A stretch of 63,889 nucleotides of DNA, counting the filler, from Sphacelaria rigidula (taxonomy: Eukaryota), in the NCBI GenBank assembly GCA_964200075.2. It is 9 parts of 9 records of this genome, joined end to end, with 100 filler letters (N's around TTAATTAATTAA, not from the genome) between each part and the next. Parts side by side here need not be neighbours in the genome. Positions count along the whole stretch, not along the records: positions 56,881 to 63,889 come from CAXNAA020016974.1; 8 more parts are not named here. One strand, written 5' to 3'. The notes below the pieces were generated by a model. The model had not been told where the DNA came from. It saw nothing but the letters and a program-made list of their open reading frames with translations, and ran no database searches. This document shows, piece after piece, positions 62,130 through 63,889 of the stretch. Made by a program: the position numbers and the translations under genes. Position 1 is the first letter of the stretch. Each line of letters opens with the position of its first letter.

Positions 62130-62437
62130 GTGGGTGTCTGTACAACACTTTACATACTTTGTGTATAAACTTTGCCTTATGTGACGGCATATAACACCCC
62201 TCAGGTGTAAAATATATTCAACCGCGATTTCTTACAAACAAGAAAGACTCAAAGACTCCACCCAGGCTCTACCTTTCCCAGGGATCTCGATTTTCGAATG
62301 ACATGATATCCCAGGCGTGAGGGATCTCGTTTTCCGGAGATAATCGAACCTGAGGAGGGCACTTGCTGAGTGCGGCCCCTTCCAAACGAATTGGAGTCGA
62401 GGTCGCATTCAAAATGTTGCTCCTGACCTCTGCACAG

Positions 62438-62545
62438 TACTTGGGACAGAGTTGGTGGTATATTTTCTACAGGACACGGGACATATTCTATCCTGCGTGC
62501 GCCATCCTTGCGCGCATGCCCCGCCTGCTTGCTACATGTGGAGGC
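62438..62545 (+). CDS. Following exon of the same unknown protein
   Basis: CACAG|TAC..GGC|GTAAGC, phase 0 matching the previous exon; YLGQSWWYIFYRTRDIFYP. Confidence 0.65.
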
Positions 62546-63712
62546 GTAAGCGAGTGTTGGTAATGGGCATGGGGCCATTATGAAGTTCTTTTTTTTGCAG
62601 TCTGCGGTATTTTCGAACGAGTGCGCTTGCGCACAGCAGGGGTGCGGCTCTGTGCCGTGAAGATCGCGAATCGCCCTTCCCGCTACTGTAGTTGGCCTAT
62701 ATACCGTTGTGGCCTGTAGGAAGATTTTTTCAGTTATATCTAAAAGACAGAGTCGGACAGTGAGTGTGACTTATCCTATCCGGACGGTGTGTGTGTGTGT
62801 AGGTTGTAGCTTCTCACTCGATGAAAGGGTACGGAGTGTGCGGAGCCGTGACGTGGACTTGAACAGGACAGACTTAGCAAGCCGGTTTGGGTTGAGGTAC
62901 GGAATGACGGAGTAGGGGATGCGCCCACGAGGAAGCATCCCGACACGGGAGAATGACCCTCCCAGACTGGGGATTGTAGGATGACAGTCCCAGGGTGATG
63001 GGCCCGGGAAGATGGTCCGGGTTGACGAGCCCGGGGTTATTAGTAAGCGGGTCGGGTCATACAGAGATCATAATAACATACCCCCCCAGCTACAGCGATG
63101 TTGGCGCGCGACTCCGCTGAAGCTAAAGACTGGGATTTGAACCTCTAAGGACAAGACCTGACGAGTTTACTAATATCCAATCCACTAATGTGGCATGAAG
63201 GGCAAAACGATTTGTTGCCAAGACAGAATCACTTGTGACGGACGTGTGACTTCTGAAAAAATATTTGACTGAAGTATGGTGAAAGACGTGATAGGTTTAT
63301 TTTGGCCAAAGACTTGAATATTTTCACCATTACTTGAACATGGTCATGTTCGAACTGACTTTGACAAGACGTGGCCGTGAAAAAAAATGTTGGCGAGACG
63401 AGACAAGACAAGAAATGATTGATGTGGCAAAACATGATGTATTCTGGGGTCTTAATCCGGCAGCATTCATCTTGTTTGCCCGGAGATCAATGCATCAGTG
63501 GAACGTACGACGATGAATATAAAAAAAAATGTTGGTGTTTTCTGGTACCGCCACCTGGGGGCCTAGTCCAACAGGTGTGAATACCCATCATTTCAATTAT
63601 TCGAAAGTCCAAGATCGAGAATCAAGTTTCAACTTGTTGTTTCATGGAGGTAAGAGTGAGTATAAAGTGGTGAAGGGGTGAGCGTGCACGCAACATTGCA
63701 ACCCACTGGGTC

Positions 63713-63889
63713 TTAACCCTTTTGGGACTGGGCCTCCAGAACGACCAACGAGGCTGGTTAGGAATGACGTGTCCTGCATATGCATGAAACAGTACAGTGG
63801 CTTCATGTTGCTCAAAATCAACGAATGTATGTAACGGCAGGCTTAGATGAAGACCGAAAGTTTCATCCAACCTATTTTCAGGTACAAAT
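63713..63889. mobile_element. End of the second TTAA/piggyBac-like family
   Basis: TTAA|CCCTTTTGGG..; inverse match to 21370-21467. Confidence 0.65.

Overview
Eukaryotic, intron-rich, repeat-dense DNA (~50% GC), most likely from a stramenopile such as a brown alga (inference). The window is not one locus. It is nine ~7.01-kb contigs sorted by size (7011 down to 7009 bp), joined by 100-bp N spacers containing TTAATTAATTAA, so genes are partial and neighbouring segments are unlinked. Host genes seen: an EXD1/Egalitarian-like 3'-5' exonuclease-domain protein with a long low-complexity region, a SET-domain (SETD3/Rubisco-LSMT class) methyltransferase (5 exons), one PP2C exon and two exons of an unknown protein. 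Mobile DNA: an RT-deleted chromodomain Ty3/gypsy element with both LTRs, an LTR remnant ending in a Tudor-like domain, a LINE, tRNA-derived SINEs, TTAA-specific piggyBac-like MITE nests, foldback elements and decayed Tc1-like transposases. The most striking signal is an apparent LINE/SINE pair. Both end in oligo(C) rather than poly(A), duplicate target sites that start with a C-run, and share a 3' stem-loop. The ~500-bp SINE has a 5' head that folds like the SRP (7SL) Alu domain, which is a hypothesis to test.
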